DNA from: Klebsormidium nitens
Lineage: Eukaryota > Plantae > Klebsormidiophyceae
Assembly: GCA_000708835.1 (NCBI GenBank)
Contig: DF237595.1
Coordinates: 1 to 47,677 of the forward strand
DNA length: 47,677 nucleotides
Direction: 5' to 3'
Position numbers and translations under genes: made by a program. Shown here one piece after another: positions 47,000 through 47,677 of the stretch. The notes beneath the pieces were generated by a model. The model saw only the letters and a program-made list of their open reading frames with translations, did no database searches and was not told where the DNA came from. The first letter of the stretch is position 1, and each line of letters begins with the position of its first letter.

Positions 47000-47677
47000 G
47001 CCAGAACCCCTGGTCACGACCGACTCCGAGTCCGACGGTCCGACCGACACTATATAGGAGCCCGGGGCACCTTAACGAAGAACTCCAACCCGAAATGGTT
47101 ACGCGCTCCGCAGCTCGGAGGCTCACCCTAACCCATTAACTAACCCCGCCCGTCCCCCGGGTGCTTATCGTCGAACACAGCACCTCAAAGTCTGTGCCGA
47201 TGGAGCGTGCATCCGCACTGCGGCACAGGGCATCATCGTGATGGTATTATGGACTGCCATGATCGCAGTGGTCGATTGACGAAAGCTTCAACTTCACCTC
47301 CCATGGTGCCATGGTCAGCGTCCAGCTGATTGGCAGGCACTACTAGTAAGTGTTGAGTTTGCGGCGCTAGCTACGTACTACCACTAAGGCCGGCTAGAGG
47401 CGGCTAAAGCGTATCTCTGCAAGCAGGCCGTTGAAAAGTGTGAACAGGCTCCATGCATGTGCTTTGACCGTTGCTGGCAAGCCAACTCGAAAGCAGGCAT
47501 ACGAAAAACTTCACATGTCGTCTTTGTGGGGAAACTCCCGTCCTACGTACATACAGCCAGTTTGGACCGGCAGCTGGCCGCGCCTTGCAAGAATTGACAC
47601 TGACATTGACAATTGACATTGACAACAAGCCCAGCTGTCATGGCATAGAACATCGTTGTTGCATAAGCTCGAGATTC

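Noticed and set aside
47594-47624. TTGAC repeats as a WRKY W-box cluster
   Set aside because: The copies are TTGACA, not TTGACY, and no downstream gene is visible in the window.

Overview
Eukaryotic, intron-rich nuclear DNA with GT-AG introns of roughly 200-1100 bp and GC3-rich exons. It resembles a streptophyte green alga such as Klebsormidium (inference from gene content and style, not verified). I reconstructed four loci by splicing exons by hand. (1) 1033-19324 (+): about 30 exons encoding an animal-type full-length nitric oxide synthase (oxygenase, FMN, FAD and NADPH domains) fused C-terminally to ankyrin repeats and a globin, about 1500 aa. It carries at least five disabling lesions (in-frame TAG 1766, acceptor AG>AA 3330-31, in-frame TAA 7059, 1-nt frameshift near 9109, damaged donor 14426-27), so it looks like a recently decayed pseudogene. 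(2) 22155-25580 (-): a PAP2-family lipid phosphate phosphatase, 3' end unresolved. (3) 27412-40893 (+): an intact 18-exon, 2455-aa ACF1/BAZ1-like chromatin protein with WAC, 3 PHD fingers, DDT, WHIM and a SAND-like domain. (4) 42447-43286 (-): intron-containing exons of a heme-oxygenase-like diiron oxidase (HDO) with a complete candidate ligand set. Smaller features are an inverted pair of MITE-like elements, degenerate tandem echoes of exon starts filling introns in two different genes, a tRNA-derived element and several short repeats.
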